From Escherichia phage E212: a stretch of DNA of 38,252 bases. A program made the translations under genes and the position numbers. The stretch is taken from sequence record MZ043897.1, one strand, 5' to 3'. Of the stretch, positions 7,133 through 16,810 are shown piece by piece. Within the stretch, counting starts at the first letter, position 1. Each line of letters starts with the position of its first letter. A model generated the notes under the pieces. It was not told where the DNA came from. It saw only the letters and a program-made list of their open reading frames with translations, and did not search any database.

Positions 7133-7419
7133 CGGGCAAAGAGGCAATTATTCATTACCTGGGGACGCATAATAGCTTCTGTGCGCCGGACGTTGCCGCG
7201 CTAACAGGCGCAACAGTAACCAGCATAAATCAGGCCGCGGCTAAAATGGCACGGGCAGGTCTTCTGGTTATCGAAGGTAAGGTCTGGCGAACGGTGTATT
7301 ACCGGTTTGCTACCAGGGAAGAACGGGAAGGAAAGATGAGCACGAACCTGATTTTTAAGGAGTGTCGCCAGAGTGCCGCGATGAAACGGGTATTGGCGGT
7401 ATATGGAGTTAAAAGATGA
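7129..7419 (+). CDS. ren: Ren protein
   Basis: 96-aa ORF matching lambda Ren (MTGKEAIIHYLGTHNSFCAPDVAALTGA...). Confidence 0.85.
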   Translation: MTGKEAIIHYLGTHNSFCAPDVAALTGATVTSINQAAAKMARAGLLVIEGKVWRTVYYRFATREEREGKMSTNLIFKECRQSAAMKRVLAVYGVKR

Positions 7420-7492
7420 CCATCTACATTACTGAGCTAATAACAGGCCTGCTGGTAATCGCAGGCCTTTTTATTTGGGGGAGAGGGAAGTC

Positions 7493-7933
7493 ATGAAAAA
7501 ACTAACCTTTGAAATTCGATCTCCAGCACATCAGCAAAACGCTATTCACGCAGTACAGCAAATCCTTCCAGACCCAACCAAACCAATCGTAGTAACCATT
7601 CAGGAGCGCAACCGCAGCTTAGACCAAAATCGGAAGCTTTGGGCTTGCCTTGGTGACGTTTCGCGTCAGGTTGAATGGCATGGTCGCTGGCTGGATGCAG
7701 AAAGCTGGAAGTGTGTGTTTACCGCAGCATTAAAGCAGCAGGATGTTGTTCCTAACCTTGCCGGGAATGGCTTTGTGGTAATAGGCCAGTCAACCAGCAG
7801 GATGCGTGTAAACGAATTTGCGGAGCTATTAGAGCTTATACAGGCATTCGGTACAGAGCGTGGCGTTAAGTGGTCAGACGAAGCGAGACTGGCTCTGGAG
7901 TGGAAAGCGAGATGGGGAGATCGGGCTGCATGA
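7493..7933 (+). CDS. ninB: NinB (Orf-family recombination protein)
   Basis: Starts MKKLTFEIRSPAHQQNAIHAVQQ..., matching lambda NinB; internal Met of track ORF 7475..7933. Confidence 0.9.
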   Translation: MKKLTFEIRSPAHQQNAIHAVQQILPDPTKPIVVTIQERNRSLDQNRKLWACLGDVSRQVEWHGRWLDAESWKCVFTAALKQQDVVPNLAGNGFVVIGQSTSRMRVNEFAELLELIQAFGTERGVKWSDEARLALEWKARWGDRAA

Positions 7934-8457
7934 CTATCAAATCAAATACGCCAGCACACGACAAGGACTGCTGGCAAACGCCGCTTTGGCTTTTTGATGC
8001 ACTGGATATTGAGTTTGGATTCTGGCTGGATTCGGCAGCGAGCGACAAAAATGCTCTGTGTGCTCACTGGCTAACTGAGGCCGACGACGCGCTCAATTCT
8101 GAGTGGGTAAGCCACGGTGCAATCTGGAATAACCCACCGTACAGCAATATCAGGCCGTGGGTGGAAAAAGCCGCTGAGCAGTGCATACAACAGCGACAGA
8201 CGGTAGTGATGCTTGTGCCAGAGGATATGTCAGTCGGATGGTTCAGCAAGGCTCTGGAGAGTGTCGACGAAGTTCGCATTATCACTGATGGACGGATTAA
8301 TTTTATCGAACCATCGACGGGGCTGGAGAAGAAGGGAAACAGCAAAGGCTCCATGCTGCTGATTTGGCGACCGTTCATCAGTCCTCGACGGATGTTTACT
8401 ACCGTATCCAAAGCGGCATTGATAGCGATCGGGCAGGGCGTCAGGAGGGCGGCATGA
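7930..8457 (+). CDS. Phage DNA N6-adenine methyltransferase (Dam-like)
   Basis: NPPY motif (WNNPPYS) and DKDCWQTP N-terminal motif typical of phage Dam-family methyltransferases; ATGA overlap with the ninB stop. Confidence 0.75.
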   Translation: MTIKSNTPAHDKDCWQTPLWLFDALDIEFGFWLDSAASDKNALCAHWLTEADDALNSEWVSHGAIWNNPPYSNIRPWVEKAAEQCIQQRQTVVMLVPEDMSVGWFSKALESVDEVRIITDGRINFIEPSTGLEKKGNSKGSMLLIWRPFISPRRMFTTVSKAALIAIGQGVRRAA

Positions 8458-8630
8458 GGCGACAGCGACGAAGTTTCACCGACATCATCTGCGAAAACTG
8501 CAAATACCTTCCAACGAAACGCTCCAGAAATAAACGCAAGCCAATCCCAAAAGAATCTGACGTAAAAACCTTCAACTACACGGCTCACCTGTGGGATATC
8601 CGGTGGCTAAGACATCGTGCGAGGAAATGA
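8454..8630 (+). CDS. ninE: NinE
   Basis: [52 protein letters not shown] matches lambda NinE; RBS AGGAGGG; ATGA overlap with the Dam stop. Confidence 0.8.
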   Translation: MRRQRRSFTDIICENCKYLPTKRSRNKRKPIPKESDVKTFNYTAHLWDIRWLRHRARK

Positions 8631-9034
8631 CAATGCTTTTAATTCAACCTGGATTTGGCCTTAGCATCAAAAAAGGACACATGTTTGGCGAGAAAGAGTC
8701 ACAACGAAAAATGGTGTCTATCCGGTTGCCATTTATCAGTATTTATTGGCTAAACAGGGAGGCAACAAATTATTGGTATACATGCGCCAGAGCAGCATTT
8801 AACGACCCTGACTGGTTTGTGAAAAACCACCATGCGGTTCGTCAGGCAAAGAGAAAGGCCAATACGACATACATGAAGGCGTATCGAAAAGCATGGAAAG
8901 AACACCGCGATCGATACCAGCAAGACATGGAAAAGCTTGAATCAGAAAACATGGAATTAAGACGAAAGCTTGGTGAAGCAAAACGAGACATTGATGCTTA
9001 CAAGCGACTTTTTAATGGTGAAAGCCATGCTTAG
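8627..9034 (+). CDS. Hypothetical nin-region protein (135 aa) with C-terminal coiled-coil
   Basis: ORF between ninE and ninF with ATGA overlap at its start; no recognisable family; lambda has no gene at this position. Confidence 0.45.
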   Translation: MTMLLIQPGFGLSIKKGHMFGEKESQRKMVSIRLPFISIYWLNREATNYWYTCARAAFNDPDWFVKNHHAVRQAKRKANTTYMKAYRKAWKEHRDRYQQDMEKLESENMELRRKLGEAKRDIDAYKRLFNGESHA

Positions 9035-9203
9035 CCCATCCCAAACCCTTCAATACCAGAAAGAAAGCGTCGAGCGAGCTTTAACGTGCGCTAACTGCGG
9101 TCAGAAGCTGCATGTGCTTGAAGTTCATGTGTGTGAGCACTGCTGCGCAGAACTGATGAGCGATCCGAATAGCTCAATGTACGAGGAAGAAGACGATGAA
9201 TGA
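9027..9203 (+). CDS. ninF: NinF
   Basis: [51 protein letters not shown] matches lambda NinF. Confidence 0.8.
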   Translation: MLSPSQTLQYQKESVERALTCANCGQKLHVLEVHVCEHCCAELMSDPNSSMYEEEDDE

Positions 9204-9918
9204 GTTAATAAATGGCAATGCCATCAAAATGACAAGCATTGAAATCGCTGAGTTGGTGGGTAAGCGTCATGACAATGTGAAACGTACCATCGAAACGCTG
9301 GCTAAAAATGGTGTTATCCGGCTTCCTCAAATTGAGGTTTCCGAAAGAATCAATAACTTAGGGTTCAATGTTCAGTACGAGCATTACGTCTTCGAAGGCG
9401 AACAAGGTAAGCGAGATAGTATTGTTGTTGTTGCCCAGTTGTCGCCAGAGTTCACCGCTCGCCTTGTTGACCGCTGGCGAGAGCTTGAAGAAACTGCGGC
9501 TAATATCCCCAAAACGCTACCAGAAGCGTTGCGCCTTGCTGCTGATCTTGCTGAGCAGAAAATGCAACTGGAAAACCAGCTCGCAATTGCCGCACCTAAA
9601 GTTGAGTTTGCCGATCGCGTTGGCGAGGCCAGCGGAATTTTGATTGGAAACTTTGCAAAGGTTGTTGGAATTGGTCAAAACAAACTGTTTGCGTGGATGC
9701 GCGATCACAAAATCCTTATTGCTTCAGGTTCCCGGCGCAATGTGCCAATGCAGGAATATATGGATCGCGGCTATTTCACAGTGAAAGAAACAGCGGTCAA
9801 TACAAATCACGGAATACAGATATCGTTCACCACAAAAATCACCGGGCGTGGCCAACAGTGGCTGACCAGAAAGCTGCTCGATAACGGAATGCTGAAAGTA
9901 ACAGGGGAGGCTGCTTAA
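9196..9918 (+). CDS. Antirepressor-like protein (Rha-type N-terminus, Ant/KilAC-type C-terminus; Roi-like)
   Basis: 240-aa ORF; N-terminal SIEIAELVGKRHDNVKRTIETL resembles the phage Rha/regulatory N-domain; C-terminal half resembles antirepressor domains; nin-region location as for HK022 Roi. Confidence 0.6.
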   Translation: MNELINGNAIKMTSIEIAELVGKRHDNVKRTIETLAKNGVIRLPQIEVSERINNLGFNVQYEHYVFEGEQGKRDSIVVVAQLSPEFTARLVDRWRELEETAANIPKTLPEALRLAADLAEQKMQLENQLAIAAPKVEFADRVGEASGILIGNFAKVVGIGQNKLFAWMRDHKILIASGSRRNVPMQEYMDRGYFTVKETAVNTNHGIQISFTTKITGRGQQWLTRKLLDNGMLKVTGEAA

Positions 9919-10208
9919 TGGCCAATCTACGCAAAGAAGCACGCGGCAGAGAATGTCAGGTACGTATTTACGGCGTATGCAATGGCAATCCTGAAACTAC
10001 AGTTCTGGCACATTACCGGATGGCTGGAATTTGCGGAACGGGAATGAAGCCTGACGACCTGATCGGCGCATGGGCTTGTAGCGCGTGTCACGATGAAATC
10101 GACCGACGCACCCATAATCTCGACAACAAAGACGCCAGACTTTACCACCTCGAAGGCGTGATCAGGACGCAGGCGATACTGCTGAAGGAGGGGAAGATTA
10201 AGCCATGA
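9918..10208 (+). CDS. YbcO-like (DUF1364) Cys/His-rich nin-region nuclease-like protein
   Basis: 96-aa ORF resembling DLP12 YbcO (RECQVRIYGVCNGNPETTVLAHYR...CSACHDEIDRR). Confidence 0.7.
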   Translation: MANLRKEARGRECQVRIYGVCNGNPETTVLAHYRMAGICGTGMKPDDLIGAWACSACHDEIDRRTHNLDNKDARLYHLEGVIRTQAILLKEGKIKP

Positions 10209-10567
10209 ACGAATATCAGTTTGTGCTTCCTTACCCGCCGTCGGTGAATACCTACTGGCGAAGACGGGGAAGCCAATACTACATCAGCGATAAAGGCCAG
10301 AAATACCGAAAAGACGTTCAGCAAATCATTCGCCAACTCAAGTTAGACATTTTCACCAAATCACGAGTCCGTATCAAAGTCATCGCAGACGTTCCAGACT
10401 CCCGCCGCCGCGACCTCGACAACATCCTGAAAGGTTTACTCGACTCCCTTATCCACGCCGGATTTGCGGAAGACGACGAGCAATTCGATGACATTCGCGT
10501 AATTCGTGGTGTGAAAGTACCAGGCGGAAGGCTTGGAATAAAAATCACCGAACTGGAGAACGTATGA
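10205..10567 (+). CDS. rusA: RusA-family Holliday junction resolvase
   Basis: 120-aa ORF with PYPPSVN...RRRDLDN...DD motifs matching RusA. Confidence 0.85.
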   Translation: MNEYQFVLPYPPSVNTYWRRRGSQYYISDKGQKYRKDVQQIIRQLKLDIFTKSRVRIKVIADVPDSRRRDLDNILKGLLDSLIHAGFAEDDEQFDDIRVIRGVKVPGGRLGIKITELENV

Positions 10568-10752
10568 ACGCCACAATTCAAACGATACCAGAACTTCTTA
10601 TCCAGACACGAGGCAATCAGACCGAAGTGGCGAGGAGGCTTTCCTGTGCAAGAGGAACAGTGCTCAAGTACAACAGAGACAGCAAAGGCGAGCGTCACGC
10701 AATAGTTAACGGCGTCCTGATAGTCAAACAGGGCAAGAGGGGAAGACGATGA
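10564..10752 (+). CDS. ninH: NinH
   Basis: TIPELLIQTRGNQTEVARRLSCARGTVLKY matches lambda NinH. Confidence 0.8.
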   Translation: MNATIQTIPELLIQTRGNQTEVARRLSCARGTVLKYNRDSKGERHAIVNGVLIVKQGKRGRR

Positions 10753-11372
10753 GACTCGAAAGCGTAGCTAAATTTCATTCTCCAAAAAGCCCGATGATGA
10801 GCGACTCACCACGGGCTACAGCTTCTGACTCTCTTTCCGGTACTGATGTGATGGCTGCTATGGGGATGGCGCAATCACAAGCCGGATTCGGTATGGCTGC
10901 ATTCTGCGGTAAGCATGAACTCAGCCAGAACGACAAACAAAAGGCTATCAACTATCTGATGCAATTTGCACACAAGGTATCGGGGAAATACCGTGGTGTG
11001 GCAAAGCTTGAAGGAAATACTAAGGCAAAGGTACTGCAAGTGCTCGCAACATTCGCTTATGCGGATTATTGCCGTAGTGCCGCGACGCCGGGCGCAAGAT
11101 GCAGAGATTGCCACGGTACAGGCCGTGCGGTTGATATATCAAAAACAGAGCTGTGGGGGAGAGTTGTTGAGAAAGAATGCGGAAGATGCAAAGGTGTCGG
11201 CTATTCAAGAATGCCAGCAAGCGCCGCATATCGCGCTGTAACGATGCTAATCCCAAATCTTACCCAACCAACCTGGTCACGCACTGTTAAGCCGCTGTAT
11301 GACGCTCTGGTGGTGCAATGCCACAAAGAAGAGTCAATCGCAGACAACATTTTGAATGCGGTCACACGTTAA
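10749..11372 (+). CDS. Q: Late gene antiterminator Q (lambda-type)
   Basis: 207-aa ORF essentially identical to lambda Q (MRLESVAKFHSPKSPMMSDSPRATASDSLSGTD...). Confidence 0.95.
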   Translation: MRLESVAKFHSPKSPMMSDSPRATASDSLSGTDVMAAMGMAQSQAGFGMAAFCGKHELSQNDKQKAINYLMQFAHKVSGKYRGVAKLEGNTKAKVLQVLATFAYADYCRSAATPGARCRDCHGTGRAVDISKTELWGRVVEKECGRCKGVGYSRMPASAAYRAVTMLIPNLTQPTWSRTVKPLYDALVVQCHKEESIADNILNAVTR

Positions 11373-11414
11373 CAGCATGATTGCCACGGATGGCAACATA
11401 TTAACGGCATAATA

Positions 11415-11443
11415 TTGACTTTTTGAATAAAGTTGGGTAAATT
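11415..11443 (+). promoter_or_regulatory. Late promoter pR' with overlapping qut site
   Basis: TTGACT, 17-bp spacer, TAAATT immediately downstream of Q, as in lambda. Confidence 0.8.
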
Positions 11444-11449
11444 TGACTC

Positions 11450-11642
11450 AACGATGGGTTAATTCGCTCGTTGTGGTAGTGAGATGAAAAGAGGCGGCGC
11501 TTACTACCGATTCCGCCTAGTTGGTCACTTCGACGTATCGTCTGGAACTCCAACCATCGCAGGCAGAGAGGTCTGCAAAATGCAATCCCGAAACAGTTCG
11601 CAGGTAATAGTTAGAGCCTGCATAACGGTTTCGGGATTTTTT
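11450..11642 (+). ncRNA. Short pR'-initiated leader transcript (lambda 6S RNA equivalent) ending at tR'
   Basis: About 190 nt between the pR' start and the tR' hairpin, no ORF, arrangement as in lambda. Confidence 0.55.
11587..11642 (+). terminator. tR' intrinsic terminator
   Basis: CCCGAAAC ... GTTTCGGG long hairpin followed by ATTTTTTAT. Confidence 0.8.
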
Positions 11643-12084
11643 ATATCTGCACAACAGGTAAGAGCATTGAACCCGCAGACCTCGCGGAATTGGTGAAAGG
11701 TGCCGCGCAGTGCTCTTATCGTTGTGGTGAATGCACAGGCTGATGTGTAAGGGCAAGAATCTTTCGCTGGATTCGGTGTGGCCACGTAGCCCGCTGTAGG
11801 CAGTTGCAGCAAACCGGAGATCAGCACCGGTCGCCACAATCCAAACTGAGCCGTAGCCACTGGCTATCCTGAATTCATCAGTGATAGTTACGCTGCGGCC
11901 TTCTACACATGATCTTCGTGAAAGCGGGCGGCATGAGGTTGCGCTAACAACCTCATGCCGTTTTGCCCGTGCATATCGGTCACGAACAAATCTGATTACT
12001 AAACACAGTAGCCTGGATTTGTTCTATCAGTAATCGACCTTATTCCTAATTAAATAGAGCAAATCCCCTTATTGGGGGTAAGAC

Positions 12085-12408
12085 ATGAAGATGCCAGAAA
12101 AACATGACCTGTTAGCCGCCATTCTCGCGGCAAAGGAACAAGGCATCGGGGCAATCCTTGCGTTTGCAATGGCGTACCTTCGCGGCAGATATAATGGCGG
12201 TGCGTTTACAAAAACAGTAATCGACGCAACGATGTGCGCCATTATCGCCTGGTTCATTCGTGACCTTCTCGACTTCGCCGGACTAAGTAGCAATCTCGCT
12301 TATATAACGAGCGTGTTCATCGGCTACATCGGTACTGACTCGATTGGTTCGCTTATCAAACGCTTCGCTGCTAAAAAAGCCGGAGTAGAAGATGGTGGAA
12401 ATCAATAA
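12085..12408 (+). CDS. S: Holin S (lambda-type, dual-start motif MKMPEK)
   Basis: 107-aa ORF matching lambda S107. Confidence 0.95.
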   Translation: MKMPEKHDLLAAILAAKEQGIGAILAFAMAYLRGRYNGGAFTKTVIDATMCAIIAWFIRDLLDFAGLSSNLAYITSVFIGYIGTDSIGSLIKRFAAKKAGVEDGGNQ

Positions 12409-12868
12409 TCAACGTAAGGCGTTCCTCGATATGCTGGCGTGGTCAGAGGGAACTGATAACGGACGACAGAAAACCAGAAATCACGGTTATGACGTCATTG
12501 TTGGCGGAGAGCTATTCACTGATTACTCCGATCACCCTCGCAAACTTGTCACGCTAAACCCCAAACTCAAATCAACAGCAGCCGGACGTTACCAGCTTCT
12601 TTCCCGTTGGTGGGATGCTTACCGTAAGCAGCTTGGCCTGAAAGACTTCTCTCCCAAAAGCCAGGACGCTGTTGCGCTGCAGCAGATTAAGGAGCGTGGC
12701 GCTTTACCGATGATTGATCGCGGTGATATTCGTCAGGCAATCGACCGTTGCAGCAATATCTGGGCTTCACTGCCGGGGGCTGGTTATGGTCAGTTCGAGC
12801 ATAAGGCTGACAGCCTGATTGCAAAATTCAAAGAAGCTGGCGGAACGGTCAGAGAGATTGAGGTATGA
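12392..12868 (+). CDS. R: Endolysin R (lytic transglycosylase, lambda-type)
   Basis: 158-aa ORF matching lambda R. Confidence 0.95.
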   Translation: MVEINNQRKAFLDMLAWSEGTDNGRQKTRNHGYDVIVGGELFTDYSDHPRKLVTLNPKLKSTAAGRYQLLSRWWDAYRKQLGLKDFSPKSQDAVALQQIKERGALPMIDRGDIRQAIDRCSNIWASLPGAGYGQFEHKADSLIAKFKEAGGTVREIEV

Positions 12869-13302
12869 GCAGAGTCACCGCGATTATCTCCGCTCTGGTT
12901 ATCTGCATCATCGTCTGCCTGTCGTGGGCGGTCAATCATTACCGTGATAACGCCATCGCCTATAAAGAGCAGCGCGATAAGGCCACATCCACAATCGCTG
13001 ACATGCAGAAGCGTCAACGTGATGTAGCAGAACTTGACGCCAGATACACAAAGGAGCTTGCTGATGCTAACGCGACTATCGAAAGTCTCCGTGCTGATGT
13101 TTCTGCTGGTCGTAAGCGCCTGCAAGTCGCCGCCATCTGTGCAAAGTCAACGACCGGAGCCAGCAGCATGGGCGATGGAGAAAGCCCAAGACTTACAGCA
13201 GATGCTGAACTCAATTATTACCGTCTCCGAAGTGGAATCGACAGGATAACCGCGCAGGTTAACTACCTGCAGGAGTACATCAGGACGCAATGCCTTCGAT
13301 GA
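12865..13302 (+). CDS. Rz: Rz i-spanin
   Basis: N-terminus [31 protein letters not shown] matches lambda Rz; C-terminal half diverged. Confidence 0.85.
   Translation: MSRVTAIISALVICIIVCLSWAVNHYRDNAIAYKEQRDKATSTIADMQKRQRDVAELDARYTKELADANATIESLRADVSAGRKRLQVAAICAKSTTGASSMGDGESPRLTADAELNYYRLRSGIDRITAQVNYLQEYIRTQCLR
13064..13249 (+). CDS. Rz1: Rz1 o-spanin lipoprotein embedded in the +1 frame of Rz
   Basis: [24 protein letters not shown]... signal peptide with lipobox-like VSAC and Pro-rich mature part, wholly inside Rz. Confidence 0.7.
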   Translation: MLTRLSKVSVLMFLLVVSACKSPPSVQSQRPEPAAWAMEKAQDLQQMLNSIITVSEVESTG

Positions 13303-13475
13303 TAGCGATAATTTTACTCATCATCCTTCACATCTGGCTCTGTAGACAGGGTGATGATCACTTCTGGAGTGAATCCAGATTAAACATCTCATTGCTGATG
13401 CTTGATATTGAGCATCTGGCGCGCGGTAAGGGGCTGCGTTGAGATAAGAGCCAGTCATCAAAAACACCAGGATTT

Positions 13476-13500
13476 AGCCTCGCATTCGCGGGGCTTTTTT
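13476..13500 (+). terminator. Intrinsic terminator candidate downstream of the lysis cassette
   Basis: AGCCTCGC-ATTC-GCGGGGCT hairpin (one G-U pair) followed by TTTTTT. Confidence 0.55.
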
Positions 13501-13646
13501 ACATCTGCAGTAAACAGCGCATCGCAGCGCGTAACAATCCCGAGTCTTTCAGAAAGCTGAGCCTGAGAACTGCCGTATATGGTGGCGACCATCTCGGGGC
13601 GGCTTTTCTGTGCGAACAGGCTCATCTTTCTAAAAGGTAAGACGCT

Positions 13647-14168
13647 ATGAATATCGTTCCACTGAATTACAAAGGCGAACCTATCCGCTTCAATACGGAT
13701 GGCTGGATTAATGCCACTGATATTGCAAAACGTTTCGGGAAGCGTCTGGATCACTGGTTGTCCAACGCTGAAACTCTCGAATACGTTAGAGCTCTGGATG
13801 AGGTTTATTCAGGTGAACCATCGAAAATTCTACATACCCGTGATTCCGGGTATGTAAAAACAAGCAAGGCACGAAAGGACAGGGGAGGCGGAACATGGCT
13901 GCACCCAAAGTTATCAGTTGCCTTTGCAAGATGGTGCGATCCGAAATTCTCCGTATGGTGCGACCTGCACATTGATAGTCTGCTTCGCGGTGAACTGACT
14001 GAGCAGCAGAAATATGAGCAAGCATGTCGCATTCGCGATGACCGGAAATCAAAAGCCAGCAATGGGGCAAGAGAGATGGCTCGCTGGCGATGGGATAAGC
14101 CGGTTATTGAAGCAAATGTCGAGTACTGGCGCGAGCAACTGCAGCTGACTCTCGATATCGCGTGCTGA
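13647..14168 (+). CDS. KilA-N domain protein (moron between lysis and packaging genes)
   Basis: 173-aa ORF; N-terminal GWINATDIAKRFGKRLDHWL ... GTWLHPKLSVAFARWCDPKFSVWCD pattern typical of KilA-N domains. Confidence 0.6.
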   Translation: MNIVPLNYKGEPIRFNTDGWINATDIAKRFGKRLDHWLSNAETLEYVRALDEVYSGEPSKILHTRDSGYVKTSKARKDRGGGTWLHPKLSVAFARWCDPKFSVWCDLHIDSLLRGELTEQQKYEQACRIRDDRKSKASNGAREMARWRWDKPVIEANVEYWREQLQLTLDIAC

Positions 14169-14525
14169 TGGCAAACGCAAAACTGCGTTATCGGAAAAAT
14201 CAAAGCATTACGAGAACTGAGCAACAGCTATCCATTACAAAGCCCATCTACGGGTGGGCTTGATAATGAAACCGGAATTTATTCTGGGAAACCAGTTACG
14301 GCAGTACAGCGAAACAACCCAAGCCAGTAAGTGGGGAAATAACACTGGCAGCCACTGAAAGATGAACCTCCTGCCTTATGGCAAAAAAGATTCTTTGTGG
14401 TGGCGGACTGATGGAAAGACATCGGTTATTGCAGAGACCATTCAATGAGTGGTCTCGACAATGGCTTATACCCTACACGGGATAACTTAACTGATATCCC
14501 TTTTAACGGATAAACGGAGCCAACA

Positions 14526-14768
14526 ATGGCAGAGATTATTCCCATGACTGAAGAACAGAAATTCCAGCTAGAGATTTACAAACTGGTCATGAACCAGAAC
14601 GCAGCCGCAGAAGAAGCATTTCAGTTCATTGGCACTGACGAGCTGAAGCTTGAGCTATTCAAAATTCACTTCCAGTCAGGCGGCGCTAATTCAGATATCA
14701 CGACCCGCACAATCGAAGCGGTGCGTAAATCGAAGGAAGCGTTAGACCTGTTCACTACCGGAGCATAA
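14526..14768 (+). CDS. Hypothetical protein (80 aa) upstream of the small terminase gene
   Basis: ORF in the position P22-like genomes reserve for a small conserved ORF ahead of gene 3. Confidence 0.5.
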   Translation: MAEIIPMTEEQKFQLEIYKLVMNQNAAAEEAFQFIGTDELKLELFKIHFQSGGANSDITTRTIEAVRKSKEALDLFTTGA

Positions 14769-14847
14769 ACATGGCAACTCAAGGTTTCGACAACCCATCC
14801 AAATTCCGCGATGAATGGGATAAGCAAGCAGAAGGGAAATAATCAAT

Positions 14848-15336
14848 ATGGCAGCACCAAAGGGCAACCGATTTTGGGAGGCCCGCAGTAGTCATGGGCG
14901 AAATCCTAAATTCGAATCGCCTGAGGCGCTGTGGGCTGCTTGTTGTGAATACTTCGAGTGGGCTGATGATAACCCGCTATGGGAGGGTAAGGTATTTTCA
15001 TATCAGGGAGAAATAATTAAGGCTAATGTCCCTAAGATGCGAGCCATGACTATTTCAGGATTGTGTACCTTCCTTGATATCACCAGGCAAACATGGGGAA
15101 CCTTCCGGTCAATGGAAGGTTTTTCTGACGTCACATCACGAGCGGAAGACATCATCTACGACCAGAAATTCTCTGGCGCAGCCGCTGACCTTCTCAACGC
15201 TAACATCATCGCCCGTGATTTGGGCCTCAAAGAGCAGTCGCAAGTTGAAGACGTGACACCTGATAAGGGAGATCGCGATAAGCGGCGCTCTCGTATCAAG
15301 GAGCTATTCAACCGTGGAACTGGACGCGATTCTTGA
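14848..15336 (+). CDS. Terminase small subunit (P22 gp3-like)
   Basis: 162-aa [51 protein letters not shown]... closely matches P22 gp3. Confidence 0.85.
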   Translation: MAAPKGNRFWEARSSHGRNPKFESPEALWAACCEYFEWADDNPLWEGKVFSYQGEIIKANVPKMRAMTISGLCTFLDITRQTWGTFRSMEGFSDVTSRAEDIIYDQKFSGAAADLLNANIIARDLGLKEQSQVEDVTPDKGDRDKRRSRIKELFNRGTGRDS

Positions 15337-16810
15337 TAACTTGAGCGACGAAGAGCAAATCGAATTGCTCGAGCTACTCGAAGAAGAAGAGAACTACCGT
15401 AACACACACCTGCTATATGAATTTACGCCATACAGCAAACAGCGTGAGTTCATCGACGCCGGGCATGACTATCCAGAGCGATGTTTTATGGCTGGTAACC
15501 AGCTTGGTAAGTCATTTACTGGTGCTGCTGAAGTCGCGTTTCACCTTACCGGGCGTTACCCGGGCACAAAAGGCTATCCTGCTGATGGTAAATATGGCGG
15601 TGAGTGGAAAGGTAAGCGTTTCTATGAGCCTGTTGTCTTCTGGATTGGCGGCGAGACAAACGAGACTGTAACCAAAACGACTCAACGCATCCTGTGTGGT
15701 CGTATCGAAGAGAATGATGAGCCAGGCTACGGTTCCATACCTAAAGAAGACATCATTAGCTGGAAGAAGTCTCCTTTCTTTCCGAACCTTGTTGATCATC
15801 TTCTGGTTAAGCATCACACGGCTGATGGCGTTGAAGATGGCATTTCAATCTGCTACTTCAAACCATACTCGCAAGGCCGCGCTCGCTGGCAGGGTGACAC
15901 AATCCACGGCGTGTGGTTTGACGAAGAGCCACCATACAGCATTTATGGCGAAGGTCTTACCCGTACCAACAAATACGGGCAATTCTCAATTCTGACGTTT
16001 ACCCCGCTGATGGGGATGTCTGACGTTGTTACCAAGTTCCTGAAGAATCCCAGCAAGTCGCAGAAAGTGGTCAACATGACCATCTATGACGCTGAGCACT
16101 ACACAGACGAACAGAAAGAGCAAATCATCGCATCCTATCCCGAGCATGAGAGAGAGGCGCGTGCTCGCGGTATTCCTACGATGGGTAGCGGTCGAATCTT
16201 CCAGATACCGGAAGAGACGATTAAGTGTCAGCCGTTCGAGTGTCCTGATCACTTCTACGTCATCAATGCAATGGACTTCGGATGGGATCACCCACAGGCA
16301 CATATCCAGCTTTGGTGGGATAAAGACGAGGACGTGATTTATCTTTCTCGCGTCTGGAAGGCCAAACAGAAGAAGGCGACAGAGGCATGGAGTGCTGTTA
16401 AAGCATGGAGCAAAAACACCCCTACGGCTTGGCCTCATGACGGGCATCAGCACGAAAAGGGAGGCGGCGCTCAGCTCAAGGAACAATACGCCGAAGCTGG
16501 GTTCGACATGTTGCCAGATCATGCAACATGGCCTGATGGAGGTAATGCGGTCGAACCCGGGATAGCAGAGATACGCGACATGATGCTCGACGGTCGTTTC
16601 AAGGTATTTAACACCTGCGAGCCATTCTTTGAAGAGTTTCGTCTGTATCACCGCGATGAGAACGGGAAGATCGTCAAGCTAAATGACGACATCCTTTCTG
16701 CTGTTCGCTATGGCTACATGATGAGGCGTTTTGCAATACAGATGCGAGACATCAAAGATCCTAAAGAGATTGATTACTCAAGCTACAACATACCTTGCGG
16801 AGTTGGATGA
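15314..16810 (+). CDS. Terminase large subunit (P22 gp2-like)
   Basis: 498-aa ORF with Walker A-like GNQLGKS; overlaps the small-subunit 3' end. Confidence 0.9.
   Translation: MELDAILDNLSDEEQIELLELLEEEENYRNTHLLYEFTPYSKQREFIDAGHDYPERCFMAGNQLGKSFTGAAEVAFHLTGRYPGTKGYPADGKYGGEWKGKRFYEPVVFWIGGETNETVTKTTQRILCGRIEENDEPGYGSIPKEDIISWKKSPFFPNLVDHLLVKHHTADGVEDGISICYFKPYSQGRARWQGDTIHGVWFDEEPPYSIYGEGLTRTNKYGQFSILTFTPLMGMSDVVTKFLKNPSKSQKVVNMTIYDAEHYTDEQKEQIIASYPEHEREARARGIPTMGSGRIFQIPEETIKCQPFECPDHFYVINAMDFGWDHPQAHIQLWWDKDEDVIYLSRVWKAKQKKATEAWSAVKAWSKNTPTAWPHDGHQHEKGGGAQLKEQYAEAGFDMLPDHATWPDGGNAVEPGIAEIRDMMLDGRFKVFNTCEPFFEEFRLYHRDENGKIVKLNDDILSAVRYGYMMRRFAIQMRDIKDPKEIDYSSYNIPCGVG

Noticed and set aside
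11373-12084. Possible toxin or cargo insertion between Q and the holin gene, the site where Stx phages carry stx
   Set aside because: The interval contains only the lambda-type pR' promoter, 6S leader, tR' and the usual untranslated spacer; no ORF with a start and RBS.
13458-13754. 98-aa minus-strand ORF spanning the Rz-KilA intergenic region
   Set aside because: It overlaps the terminator and the KilA-N start, has no RBS, and is antisense to the surrounding operon.
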